Assembly (NCBI GenBank): GCA_963843795.1
Contig: CAWJLW010000006.1
Span: 62,001 to 126,000 of the forward strand
DNA length: 64,000 nucleotides
Direction: 5' to 3'
Source: an uncultured bacterium
GTDB lineage: Bacteria > Armatimonadota > Abditibacteriia > Abditibacteriales > Abditibacteriaceae
A program made the position numbers and the translations under genes. Below the pieces are notes generated by a model. That model made no database searches, was not told the DNA's origin, and saw nothing but the letters and a program-made list of their open reading frames with translations. Shown one piece after another: positions 53,546 through 63,972 of this stretch; positions within the stretch are counted from its first letter, which is position 1, and each line of letters begins with the position of its first letter.

Positions 53546-53647
53546 GTAGGGCGCGGGTCTCTGACCCGTCCTTTTGGAATTCACACACGTGCTGCCAATG
53601 CGCGCAACTGACGCCCAACAAGGGCGGGTCAGAGACCCGCGCCCTAC
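53546..53647. repeat. REPIN-like inverted pair of GTAG-type REPs
   Basis: GTAGGGCGCGGGTCTCTGACCCGTCCTT ... AAGGGCGGGTCAGAGACCCGCGCCCTAC. Confidence 0.75.
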
Positions 53648-53778
53648 GTCATCTTTCACTTTACGCCAAACGCCTGCTGCAAGTACTTGCAGTGGGCTTT
53701 TGCATTTTGGAAATTTTTTGACAGAAAAGAAAAAGTCGCTTACGATAATTGCAACACGGAATTTAAAATGAAAATTTA

Positions 53779-54138
53779 ATGGTGCAAAAGTTTTGCAAGA
53801 CGTTGGCAGTCACGGCTTTATTTCTGGTTCATGGTTGCGGCGGCGCGACCCCGTCACCATACATCGGCAGTTGGCAAGTCGTCAGTATTCAGACCAAGCG
53901 AGGCCCTATTAAACCGACTACGAACGCTGTGTGGACTTTTAAGAAAGATAACACTTCTTTTATAAGTGGTCAGCAGGGTACTTGGAAAGAAGAAAACGGT
54001 GTGTTGTCCATCACGACTCCTAAGATCACATACAGCTTCACGACCAAGCTAAATAACAATCAACTCGTTTTGACGCCGAAAGCCGATTTTGCTGGCGGTC
54101 AAATCGGGCCAATCACGCTCCAAAAAATTGGTGAGTAA
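53779..54138 (+). CDS. Lipocalin-like lipoprotein
   Basis: Lipobox VHGC; IGSW, GTW beta-barrel motifs. Confidence 0.7.
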   Translation: MVQKFCKTLAVTALFLVHGCGGATPSPYIGSWQVVSIQTKRGPIKPTTNAVWTFKKDNTSFISGQQGTWKEENGVLSITTPKITYSFTTKLNNNQLVLTPKADFAGGQIGPITLQKIGE

Positions 54139-54329
54139 TTTGTTGACGACTGCAAACGCAACAGCTATTTGAATAAACAGCCCGCGAACAATTCTATCGT
54201 TCGCGGGCTTTTGTGTTTTGAATAGGCTGCAGTTACTTGCAATATAAAAAACGCTTATAAGCAAATCTTCGGACACTCGGCGTCCGTTTTGCTTCCATAT
54301 AAAACTAAATCTGTTTTCAGGAAGTTTTT

Positions 54330-55406
54330 ATGTCCAATTTACTTTTTACGCCGCTTCAAGTCGGCGCTTTAAAAATTCCCAACCGTGTCATTATGGCGCC
54401 GCTCACCCGCTGCCGCGCCGATGCCGGACGCGTTCCGAGTGCCGAAGCCGTCGAATATTATCGCCAGCGTGCGAGCGCTGGTCTGATTCTGACTGAAGCG
54501 ACGAGTGTTGATGCGATGGGTGTTGGTTATCCCGATACGCCCGGAATCTGGTCGGATGCGCAAGTCGATGGCTGGCGCAAAGTGACGCAGGCGGTTCACG
54601 AGGCGGGCGGGCGCATCATGCTGCAATTGTGGCACGTCGGGCGCATTTCCGACCCGCTTTATCTCGATGGCGCTCTGCCGGTCGCGCCGAGCGCGATTCG
54701 TCCCGAAGGCACGGTTTCGCTCATTCGTCCCAAGAAAGAATTTGTCACGCCGCGCGCGCTGGAAACAAGCGAAATTCCCGGCATTGTTGCGGCCTATCGT
54801 TTGGGCGCGGAAAATTCCAAAGCGGCGGGCTTTGATGGCGTCGAAATTCATGGCGCCAATGGTTATCTGCTCGACCAGTTTCTGCAAACTTCGACTAATC
54901 ATCGCACCGATGAATACGGTGGCAGCTTGGAAAATCGCGCGCGTTTGCCATTGGAAGTGACCGATGCGATTTTGGAAGTGTGGGAAGCGGGGCGCGTCGG
55001 TTATCATGTCGCGCCTAAGGGCGATTCGCATGATATGGGCGACAACAATTTGCACGAAACTTTCACCCACCTGGCACGCGAACTAGGCGAGCGTGAACTC
55101 GCGTTCATTTTCGCCCGCGAAAGTCGCCAGGCACCATTTCTTGCACCAGAAATTAAACAGGCATTTGGTGGAGTAACGATTGCGAATCAGGAATTCACTA
55201 AAGACGAAGCTGAACAGTTGCTGCAAAGCGGTGCTGCAGACGCAATTTCGTGGGGCAAATTGTTCATCGCCAATCCCGATTTGCCGCTGCGTTTGGAGCG
55301 CAACGCACCGCTTAACGAGCCCAATCCCGACACGTTTTATCAATACGAATCCGATAAATCCGAAGGCTACACCGATTATCCCGCGTTAGAATTAAGCGCT
55401 GTTTAG
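54330..55406 (+). CDS. Old yellow enzyme alkene reductase (NemA-like)
   Basis: MAPLTR, QLWHVGR, EIHGANGYL.DQF, FIANPDL. Confidence 0.93.
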   Translation: MSNLLFTPLQVGALKIPNRVIMAPLTRCRADAGRVPSAEAVEYYRQRASAGLILTEATSVDAMGVGYPDTPGIWSDAQVDGWRKVTQAVHEAGGRIMLQLWHVGRISDPLYLDGALPVAPSAIRPEGTVSLIRPKKEFVTPRALETSEIPGIVAAYRLGAENSKAAGFDGVEIHGANGYLLDQFLQTSTNHRTDEYGGSLENRARLPLEVTDAILEVWEAGRVGYHVAPKGDSHDMGDNNLHETFTHLARELGERELAFIFARESRQAPFLAPEIKQAFGGVTIANQEFTKDEAEQLLQSGAADAISWGKLFIANPDLPLRLERNAPLNEPNPDTFYQYESDKSEGYTDYPALELSAV

Positions 55407-55429
55407 CAGTAAACATTAAGGAAGAAATT

Positions 55430-56443
55430 ATGAGTAAAGTGAAAGCATTGGCCGCCGCGTCCAAGGGCGCGAAGCTAGAACCGTTCGAGTTTGAAATGCC
55501 GGAACTGGGCGCGGAAGAAGTCGAGATTGATGTTGAATATTGCGGCATTTGCCACAGCGATTTGTCGATGTGGCAAAACGATTGGGGCATGACGCAGTTT
55601 CCATTCGTGCCAGGCCATGAAGTTATCGGTACGGTTTCCAAAGTTGGTTCAGCGGCCAAAAAATTGAAAGTCGGTGATCGCGTTGGCGTCGGCTGGATTT
55701 CGAGTTCCTGCATGGCGTGCAAGCAATGTCTCAGCGGCCACCAAAATCTGTGCACCAATCAGGAAGGTATGATTGTCGGGCGTTACGGCGGTTTCGCGCA
55801 GAAAACACGAGCGCATTGGGCTTGGGCCATTCCACTTCCTGAAGAACTCGATGCGGCCAAATTCGGCCCGATGTTTTGTGGTGGCATCACGGTTTTTCAG
55901 CCGATTGTAATCGGCGACGTGAAACCGACTGACAAAGTCGCGGTGATTGGAATCGGTGGACTGGGCCACATGGCATTGCAATTTTTGGCGAGTTGGGGCT
56001 GTGAAGTGACAGCGTTTACCTCCAGCGAATCGAAAGTGGCAGAAGCTAAAAAACTTGGCGCACATGATACAATTGATTCGACCGATCCCGAAGCCATTCA
56101 AGCCGCTCAAGGCCGCTTCGATTTTATTCTTTCAACTGTGAATGTTTCACTCGATTGGGAAGCGATCTTGGGTGCATTGGCACCAGAAGGTCGCTTGCAT
56201 TTCGTAGGCGCGGCTTTGGAGCCGGTTCCGGTTCCCGCCATGATGCTGATCGGTGGCGAAAAGTCGATTGCAGGTAGCCCGACTGGACCGCCCGCGACGA
56301 CAGCGACCATGCTCGATTTCTGTGCGCGTCATGATATTGCGCCCATTACGGAAGAATTTCCGATGAGCCAGGCCAACGAAGCGTTTCAACATTTGGAAGA
56401 AGGCAAAGCGCGCTATCGAATTGTTTTGAAACAAGATTTATAA
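55430..56443 (+). CDS. Zn-dependent NAD(P)H aldehyde reductase/alcohol dehydrogenase (Ahr-like)
   Basis: CGICHSD, GHE, CxxCxxC, GIGGLG, ARYRIVL. Confidence 0.93.
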   Translation: MSKVKALAAASKGAKLEPFEFEMPELGAEEVEIDVEYCGICHSDLSMWQNDWGMTQFPFVPGHEVIGTVSKVGSAAKKLKVGDRVGVGWISSSCMACKQCLSGHQNLCTNQEGMIVGRYGGFAQKTRAHWAWAIPLPEELDAAKFGPMFCGGITVFQPIVIGDVKPTDKVAVIGIGGLGHMALQFLASWGCEVTAFTSSESKVAEAKKLGAHDTIDSTDPEAIQAAQGRFDFILSTVNVSLDWEAILGALAPEGRLHFVGAALEPVPVPAMMLIGGEKSIAGSPTGPPATTATMLDFCARHDIAPITEEFPMSQANEAFQHLEEGKARYRIVLKQDL

Positions 56444-56509
56444 AGCCATTCTCGTAACGAAAAAGCGCGTGGCAAGTACTTGCCACGCGCTTTTTCGTCT
56501 CAGTTACAA

Positions 56510-56737
56510 TCAAGCCGATTCGCTATCTTCATTGATTGCAATATCATCCAAATTTGGCGACATCGTGCCGCGCCGATGCGAGAAATCTTCAATGCCAGTC
56601 GCTATATTCTGAGAATCATCTATCACAAATTCACCCGGATTTGCGATTTCGGGCGCAATTTCGGGCTGAACTTCGTGGTTTCTGGCTTCCAGTATTTTCC
56701 CACTTATCAATTTGCCGACGCGATTGAATAAAGACAT
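56510..56737 (-). CDS. Small hypothetical protein
   Basis: 75-aa ORF flanked by two palindrome hairpins; no recognisable motif. Confidence 0.35.
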   Translation of the reverse strand: MSLFNRVGKLISGKILEARNHEVQPEIAPEIANPGEFVIDDSQNIATGIEDFSHRRGTMSPNLDDIAINEDSESA

Positions 56738-56842
56738 AAAGCTTGGTTTAACCCGATTTGGTTCATGTTCCAAGACGAAAAACGTGCCCTGCAAGTCCTT
56801 GCAGGGCACGTTTCATCTCAATTATTTGTAACACGCGCAATT

Positions 56843-57877
56843 TTACTTGCCAGCCAAAATGTCATCAATCTTTTGCAGTTCTTCATCGGCAAAATTGGTT
56901 TGCTGTGCGGCCTGCAAATTCTCGGTGATTTGAGAGGGGCGACTGGCGCCAATCAATGCGCTGGTCACAGCTTCATCGCGCAAAACCCACGACAGCGCCA
57001 TTTGTGCCAATGTCTGACCACGTTCTTTGGCCACTTCGTTCAGCGCTTTCACTTTGGCAATCGTTTCGGGTTTGATGGCATCGGCGTTCAATGCTCCGGC
57101 TTTGCTGGTAACGCGCGAATCTTCCGGCACGCCCTGCAAGTACTTGCCGGTTAAAAGTCCTTGTGCCAGCGGGCAAAACGCGATCACGCCCATGCCGACT
57201 TCGCGCGTGACGGGCAGCAAATCGTTTTCGACGCCGCGATTCATCATGTGGTAATTCGGCTGGTGAATAATCGGCTTGATGAAACCTTCGCGCTCGCAAA
57301 CTTCAATTACCTGTCGCGTGCGCGCGCCGCTGTAACTGGAAATACCGACATATAACGCTTTGCCCGAACGAACAATTGAATCGAGTGCACCCAAAGATTC
57401 TTCCAGCGGCGTGTTCTCGTCGGGGCGATGATGATAGAAAATATCGACGTAATCCAATTGCAAACGCTTCAAAGATTGGTCGAGCGAAGAAATCAAATAT
57501 TTACGCGAACCCCATTCGCCATACGGGCCGGGCCACATATAATAACCGGCTTTGCTCGAAATGATCAATTCGTCGCGGTGGTTGGCGAAATCTTCTTTGA
57601 GAATGCGCCCGACGCGCGTTTCCGCCGCGCCCGGAGGCGGGCCGTAATTGTTGGCCAAATCGAAATGCGTGATGCCACCATCAAAGGCTGTGAACAGCAT
57701 CTGGCGACAATTTTCGTGAAAATCGTCCTCGTTGGTCAAATGCTGCGCGTCGGTGCCAGCGCCACCGAAATTGTGCCAGCAGCCAATTGAAATCGCTGGC
57801 AATTTAAGTCCGCTCTTGCCGCAATTACGGTACTTCATTTCTTTGTAACGATCTTCACTCGGCGAATATTCACTCAT
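56843..57877 (-). CDS. Aldo/keto reductase, L-glyceraldehyde-3-phosphate reductase-like
   Basis: SGLKLP..S.G.WHNFG, FDLANNYGPPPG, WPGPYGEWGSRKY. Confidence 0.92.
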   Translation of the reverse strand: MSEYSPSEDRYKEMKYRNCGKSGLKLPAISIGCWHNFGGAGTDAQHLTNEDDFHENCRQMLFTAFDGGITHFDLANNYGPPPGAAETRVGRILKEDFANHRDELIISSKAGYYMWPGPYGEWGSRKYLISSLDQSLKRLQLDYVDIFYHHRPDENTPLEESLGALDSIVRSGKALYVGISSYSGARTRQVIEVCEREGFIKPIIHQPNYHMMNRGVENDLLPVTREVGMGVIAFCPLAQGLLTGKYLQGVPEDSRVTSKAGALNADAIKPETIAKVKALNEVAKERGQTLAQMALSWVLRDEAVTSALIGASRPSQITENLQAAQQTNFADEELQKIDDILAGK

Positions 57878-57902
57878 TCTCTATCCTTTTGTGTAATCTG
57901 AC

Positions 57903-58772
57903 TTAAGCAAACAACGGCTCCATAGCGCGCGTTTCGTGCATCTCTGCCATTTCTTCGTCACTGGGCGCATCGACATTTTCCGCTGCTGCTTCCAACACTA
58001 GCGGCAAAACGTGAATATCGCCGACAGTGTTGAGAAAAACGTTGTCATGCGCTAAAAGCCAATGCACTGAACGACGAATATCATCGGGGTTTTGCAATGG
58101 TTCGTACCACGTCGCGGTTTGCGGGGAACTGTCATTTTTCGGGCGCCGACAAATCGACTTGATGGTTTGCATCGCCACGTTGCGCTCACGACAAATCTCA
58201 CGTAGCGCGTTGAAATCAGCCGCGTATTCTTCGTTTTGCTTCATGCTAAAATTCCAAGGCAGCAAAACCGCATCGAAATCGAAGCGCGCCAGGCTTTGCT
58301 GGTGGCGTTTGGCGACTTCCAAACCGTGGCCCGTTACGCCGATAAAGCGCACCAAACCTTCATCGCGCGCTTCGATAAGCGCCGCCAATGCGCCTTTTTC
58401 GCCCGCTTCATCGCCCATTGCGGTTCGCCATTCATTTTCATCGACGAGATTGTGCAATTGAATAAGGTCGATTTGTGAAATTTGCAAACGTTCCAGCGAA
58501 CGCCGAATTTCATCACGCGCTTTTTCATAAGTGCGCTCGCCGGTTTTGGTGGCGAGAAAAAAATCGTCGCGCCGCGTTTGCAACCACGGACCAATGCGAT
58601 CTTCGGCAGCGCCATAACTCGCGGCAGTGTCGATGTGATTGACACCATAGCGCAGTAACAATTCGAGCGTGTCGTCAGCTTGTTCCTGCGTGACGCCACC
58701 AAGTGCAGCTGCGCCAAAAAGCGTGCGCGTGCTGTTGTGTCCGGTGCGACCAAAGGGAATTTTGTCAATCAT
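57903..58772 (-). CDS. Aldo/keto reductase
   Basis: DTAASYG, FLATK, DLIQLH, IGVTGH. Confidence 0.9.
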   Translation of the reverse strand: MIDKIPFGRTGHNSTRTLFGAAALGGVTQEQADDTLELLLRYGVNHIDTAASYGAAEDRIGPWLQTRRDDFFLATKTGERTYEKARDEIRRSLERLQISQIDLIQLHNLVDENEWRTAMGDEAGEKGALAALIEARDEGLVRFIGVTGHGLEVAKRHQQSLARFDFDAVLLPWNFSMKQNEEYAADFNALREICRERNVAMQTIKSICRRPKNDSSPQTATWYEPLQNPDDIRRSVHWLLAHDNVFLNTVGDIHVLPLVLEAAAENVDAPSDEEMAEMHETRAMEPLFA

Positions 58773-58832
58773 GAGAATCCTTTTGAAAAGTTGCCATATT
58801 GGGAGCATGGCAATTACTTGCCATGCCCGATT

Positions 58833-60649
58833 TTAATCGGTGACGCGCAAAATCGAGAGAAACGCTTCTTGGGGAATTTCCACGCTGCCGACTTGTTTCA
58901 TGCGCTTTTTGCCTTCTTTTTGCTTTTCGAGCAGCTTGCGCTTGCGCGAAATGTCGCCGCCGTAGCATTTGGCCAACACGTCTTTGCGCATCGCGCTCAA
59001 ACTTTCGCTGGCCACGATTTTCGAGCCGACGGCGGCTTGAATGCGAATCTGGAACATTTGGCGATTGAGCATTTCTTTCAAGCGTTCGCACATGCCTTTG
59101 CCACGCGTGTGCGCCTGATCGCGGTGACAGATGAAACTCAGCGCATCGACGATTTCGCCGTTGAGCAGAATATCGACTTTGGACAAAGCTGAAGTCTGAA
59201 AACCAGCCAGTTCATAATCCATCGAAGCGTAGCCGCGCGTGCGGCTTTTGAGATGATCGAAAAAGTCCATAATCATTTCCGAAAGTGGCAGCGCGTAATT
59301 GATCGTCACGCGTCCGCCACTGCTGGAAAATTCCATGCTTTTATGGACGCCGCGCCGACTGGTGCACAGTTCCAAAACCGGCCCCACGTATTCTTTGGGC
59401 ACCAGAATCGTGCAATCGGCCATCGGTTCTTCGATGTGGTCAATTTCCTGCGGCGTCGGCATTTTCGCCGGATTATCGATTTCTTCGACTCGTCCATCGG
59501 TGCGCGTCACGCGATAAACCACGCTGGGCGCGGTCGCAATCAGATTCAAACCATATTCGCGCTCGAGGCGTTCCTGCACAATGTCCATGTGCAGCAAGCC
59601 CAGAAAGCCGCAGCGAAAACCAAAGCCCAGCGCCGGGCTGGAATCGGGCGTGTAGCTGAGGCTGGAATCGTTCAATCGCAGTTTGTCCAAAGCGTCGCGT
59701 AAATCGGGAAAATCGTTGCTATCGATCGGGATACAAGTCCGCAGAACACCATCGGTTTGGGTTCGCGGTAGCCGGGCAGAATTTCGGCTGCGGGATGCGC
59801 GAAATCGGTCACGGTATCGCCGATTTTTACGTCAATCACGTCTTTGATGCCCGCGATAATGTAGCCGCTTTCTCCGGTGCGCAGTTCTTTGGCTGGCGTC
59901 ATTTTGGGACGAAAAACGCCGAGTTCGGTGATTTCAAACTTCGATTCGCCCGACATCAATTTCACCGTCTGCCCGCTGCGCAACACGCCGTCCATCACGC
60001 GCACATAAACGATAATGCCGCGATAAGCATCGTAGCTGGAATCGAAAATCAAGGCTTTGAGTGGCGCGTTGGCATCGCCGTTGGGCGCGGGCACGCGCTC
60101 GATGATGGCTTCCAAAATATCTTGCACGCCGATGCCGCTTTTGCCGCTGGCCAGCAAAACTTCCTCGCGCGGCAAGCCGACGATTTCTTCGACTTCTTCC
60201 ATCACGCGTTCCGGATCGGAGTTGGGCAAGTCGATTTTATTCAAAACCGGAATGATGGTAAGGTCGCTGAGAATCGCCAGATGCGCATTGGCGACCGTTT
60301 GCGCTTCGACGCCCTGACTGGCATCGACGATGAGAAGAGCGCCTTCACACGCCGCGAGCGCACGCGAAACTTCGTATGCGAAATCGACGTGGCCAGGCGT
60401 GTCGATGAGGTTGAGAATGTATTGTTGACCGTCGCGCGCCGTGTAATCGAGGCGCACGGCGCTGGCTTTGATAGTGATACCGCGCTCGCGCTCCAAGTCC
60501 ATCGAGTCGAGCATCTGGTCTTTCATGTCGCGCGTGGCGACCGTATTAGTCATCTGCAACATGCGGTCGGCAAGTGTGCTTTTGCCGTGGTCGATGTGCG
60601 CGATGATGGAAAAATTGCGAATGTGGCTCTGGCCGTCTTGATTGTTCAC
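58833..60649 (-). CDS. lepA: Elongation factor 4 (frameshift near 59730, probably a sequencing indel)
   Basis: [30 protein letters not shown]-terminal [25 protein letters not shown]. Confidence 0.95.
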
Positions 60650-60708
60650 GCTCTAATTTTATCACGCGCGAACAAATAACGCCCTGCAAGTACTTGCAGG
60701 GCGTTATT

Positions 60709-61156
60709 TTACTTCGATTCCGGTCGTAACTTCACGACCAGCGCATTCTCAGCATCGTAACGCGCTAAGGGAGTTTTGGCTGGGCCGCGCAAAACCGAAC
60801 CATCCAAAGCAAAGCGCGAGCGGTGGCAGGGACAGAAAAATTCTTTGTCCTTGGCCAGATATTCGACTTCGCAATCTTTGTGCGTACAAATCGCTGATAA
60901 TGCCACGAACGAATTCTCGTCGATGCGTGCAACAATTAATTTGCCTCGCGGCGAATCGACGATTTCCGAGCCACCAATTTTGTTCAATTCCTTGCTCATT
61001 TTGAACGACAGCACCAAATCATCGGCGCTTGCTGTCGTTCGTTTTCGTATCTTTGGTAGCGGCTTTGGCCAGTTGCGACACCGACAGCGCGACGCCGCCG
61101 GTCGCTGCGATTTTCAACAAGCCGCGCCGTGTAGTTGTTTCAGGAGATTGAGACAT
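60709..61156 (-). CDS. Rieske [2Fe-2S] protein with Tat signal (1-nt frameshift near 61040)
   Basis: CTH..C and CPCH.S motifs; the upstream frame gives MSQSPETTTRRGLL; span is 3n+1. Confidence 0.8.
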
Positions 61157-61194
61157 AATTGCATAAGCGCTGCGGTTACTTGCTGCGCGAAAAA

Positions 61195-61935
61195 TCAAAA
61201 TTCGTATTCAAAATTGACTCGAACCTGCGGCCCGTTGATGTTACGTTTGTTGATGGCGAAGGCGTAACCCGCCGTAACCCACACATCATCGCTCAAGTTC
61301 ACTGAAGCCACTGGCCCAGCGTTAATAGTTCCTCGCGACAGGTTATGAATTAGTTCGCCGCCGCCGCGCAAACCTTTCTGATTCAAATCGCGCGCGTAGC
61401 CGATGGAATAAGCGTTGTCAAATTCGGCACCGCTTTCCAAGGCGCGTTCGCTGATGAGATTGAACGATAAATTCGATCCGTCGCTGCCGTAGCGTGATAG
61501 GATAATTTTACCTTCGAGTTCGCTTTCACCACCGCGCTCACGCGCGTATTCGAGATATAAGCCGGGCAAAAAACGGTCGCGCTTATAGTTGCCTAATTGA
61601 TAACGTGCTTCCAATTTTAACTCGTGGTATTTATAAGATTCGCCGCGTTCGCGCTCGAAAACCAAATACGGTGCGACGGTCAGGCGGTCACTGACGCCAT
61701 ATTCGAGTTCAAATTGTTGCACGAACTGATTATCAACTGCGCTGTAAGTGTTCTTTATCTCAAATTCTCTTTCGCCTTTTTGCGCTTGGCGCCATTCGTA
61801 GGTGAAAGGGAAATCGCGGCGGTCGGCGCGCGCCGTCTCGGTTGTAGCGGCAAGCGACAATCCAGCGGCGAAAGCGACAGCCAGCGCGCGCGAAAAATGT
61901 GGGTGCAAGTACTTGCACGTAATTTGATGCGACAT
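61195..61935 (-). CDS. Putative outer-membrane beta-barrel protein
   Basis: Signal peptide, alternating beta strands, C-terminal ..FEYEF. Confidence 0.65.
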   Translation of the reverse strand: MSHQITCKYLHPHFSRALAVAFAAGLSLAATTETARADRRDFPFTYEWRQAQKGEREFEIKNTYSAVDNQFVQQFELEYGVSDRLTVAPYLVFERERGESYKYHELKLEARYQLGNYKRDRFLPGLYLEYARERGGESELEGKIILSRYGSDGSNLSFNLISERALESGAEFDNAYSIGYARDLNQKGLRGGGELIHNLSRGTINAGPVASVNLSDDVWVTAGYAFAINKRNINGPQVRVNFEYEF

Positions 61936-62248
61936 GAAACCTCAAACGCGACGGGCGAATTTAGAACCACCGCCGCGCATTGAAAGCTTGCACCTTGCGC
62001 AGATACACTGTTTTTGTAGTCGTTTTCGTGCTATGAACACTGTGCTCTGCGCGATGGCGGCGCGGAAACGTGATTCGCGTTTCCGTACGAAGCCCCGACG
62101 TTAGCGCGTCGGGGCTTTGCTTTCCAATTATTCATATCCGAGTATTTAACTCGGAATTGACATAGAATTTGTACCACGCCACGCTAAATACTTCAAGGCT
62201 ATCGTATTTACTGAGCACAAAATTTTTCGCAATAACTTCAAATCGCGC

Positions 62249-63016
62249 TCAAATCTTGCGGCATCGAAGCGCGATATTATATGATAACTTGCCGAAATTG
62301 AGATCGAAATCGCGCGCGCGCAACGTTCTCAGAAGTCGATAATCTTGCCAGTAAGAACGCGCGCTACCGAACGCATCAATCAAATTTTCCACGCCATATA
62401 ACAGCGGATACGCCAGCAGACCGCCGTAATAGGTTTCTTCAATTTCCCAGCTTTTGCCTAACAGAGCACACAACTGCCCTTGTGTGTAATGACGATGAAC
62501 GTCGTAACGGAATTTCTCGTAGAATTTGCCGCCACCGGGCTTGGGAATTTTCAAGCGCCGTACCAGATCGAACGCGCGATTGGTGACGTTATCGGGATCG
62601 AGTCCGGCGAATAAACCACTGTGCGGCGTTGAAAGAATGAGAGTGCCGCCGCTGCGCGTGACACGGGCGATTTCTTTGAGCGTAGCGCGGTCGTCGCGTG
62701 TGTGTTCCAAAACTTCGGTGCACATTACTGCGCCAAAACTTTCATCGGCAAAAGGCAGGGTTTCGCCGGTCGTGGCGACGAATTCGACGTGCGGAAATTC
62801 GTTTTTGGCCCAGTGTAAATTCTTCAAGTTGCGGTCGATGCCGACGGCGAATCGCCGGTTTTCTTGCGAATCCAAAGCGGCTTTTTTGGCGAGCCATTGG
62901 GTATAAATTCCGTTGCCGCAGCCAACATCGAGAATCGGGCCGCTTTCGGGCAGCCAATTGTATAAAAGTTCGTAGCGATCCATCAGCGAATCGCGATAAG
63001 TCACAGGTGTGGACAT
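62249..63016 (-). CDS. Class I SAM-dependent methyltransferase
   Basis: ILDVGCGNG, LPF.D.SF, EVLEH, GG.L..STP. Confidence 0.9.
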   Translation of the reverse strand: MSTPVTYRDSLMDRYELLYNWLPESGPILDVGCGNGIYTQWLAKKAALDSQENRRFAVGIDRNLKNLHWAKNEFPHVEFVATTGETLPFADESFGAVMCTEVLEHTRDDRATLKEIARVTRSGGTLILSTPHSGLFAGLDPDNVTNRAFDLVRRLKIPKPGGGKFYEKFRYDVHRHYTQGQLCALLGKSWEIEETYYGGLLAYPLLYGVENLIDAFGSARSYWQDYRLLRTLRARDFDLNFGKLSYNIALRCRKI

Positions 63017-63129
63017 AAGAAATTGGGGTGCAAGTACTTGCAGCGAAAATCGGGAGGAAAAGTTGGAAACAGTTACGACAACGCCGCGCTTTCCATAGAA
63101 AGCGCGGCGTTAGATTTTGTTGCGAAAAG

Positions 63130-63972
63130 TTACGGTGTGGTGAGAGGTTCGATGCACGAATCTTTGGTCATATCGCGTGTCGTGCCATCGAAGAAACCGG
63201 TGAGCGCGTTGCCTTTGGGCGAACCAAACGCCACATCGTGGAAGCGAATCGGGCCGGTCAGGCTCGATTTGTTGGCTTGGCCTTGAGTCGAGGTATTAAC
63301 GGGAAACGAATCCGGCGGAAGTGCTTTAGCGTGACCATCGGCGAACAAAAAGTTGGGACCGCCGTGATTGGCCGTCGCCGTATCGGTCGATGCAGTTTGT
63401 GCTGAAGCCCAGAAAAAGCCATCGTTGAGTGCTTCGTTTTCATCGACCAAAAGCACGATGCTGGACGGTTCTTTGACGCGCGCGCCATTAATGCCGCCCA
63501 CCGCGCAGTTCATCGAATAGGAAAGATGCTTGTCTTCGCCATATTCGGCAGAGGGGCAAATATAAACTTCGGCGTTGCGCGTGTAGGGCGCGATACCGCC
63601 TGCGCCGGTATTGGCAACATTGGGCGATTTCCAGCCGCCCTCATCATTACCGGGCGCGACAATATCGGCCAGAGGCTGATTGTTTGTGCCAGTCACCCAA
63701 TGACCGCTAGGCAATCCCCAGCCCTGATAATTGCCTGGAAACGGATAATAATCGCCGGAATCTTTCGTGTATTGCTGAAACGCCAATCCAAGCTGCTTCA
63801 TGTTCGACTGACAAGCGGTGCGTCGTCCGGCTTCGCGCGCATTGCGAAAAACAGGAAACAAAATTGCTGCTAAGATGCCAATAATGGCGATGACGACCAA
63901 GATTTCGACCAGAGTAAAGCCAGCACGACGCTGCGTTTTGTGGCGGGAAACAACAGGAAATGGACGTATCAT
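63130..63972 (-). CDS. Prepilin-type N-terminal / DUF1559 protein with H-X9-DG-like motif
   Basis: [43 protein letters not shown]. Confidence 0.9.
   Translation of the reverse strand: MIRPFPVVSRHKTQRRAGFTLVEILVVIAIIGILAAILFPVFRNAREAGRRTACQSNMKQLGLAFQQYTKDSGDYYPFPGNYQGWGLPSGHWVTGTNNQPLADIVAPGNDEGGWKSPNVANTGAGGIAPYTRNAEVYICPSAEYGEDKHLSYSMNCAVGGINGARVKEPSSIVLLVDENEALNDGFFWASAQTASTDTATANHGGPNFLFADGHAKALPPDSFPVNTSTQGQANKSSLTGPIRFHDVAFGSPKGNALTGFFDGTTRDMTKDSCIEPLTTP

Larger units (their letters stand above)
20496..63042. repeat. Dispersed iterated palindrome (T)GCAAGTACTTGC(A), ~34 exact 12-mer copies plus variants
   Basis: Manual count; examples near 24577, 25728, 27797, 30828, 32305, 35290, 38961, 42158, 46581, 49736, 50014, 56472, 60685, 63030. 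Confidence 0.95.

Noticed and set aside
59672..59740. Programmed ribosomal frameshift in lepA
   Set aside because: No slippery heptamer or stimulatory structure seen; two extra bases fit sequencing error better.
26535..60679. Long antisense or alternate-frame ORFs (e.g. 26535-27428, 40788-41780, 48548-49300, 59795-60679)
   Set aside because: Shadows of well-supported genes on the opposite strand, with no motifs of their own.
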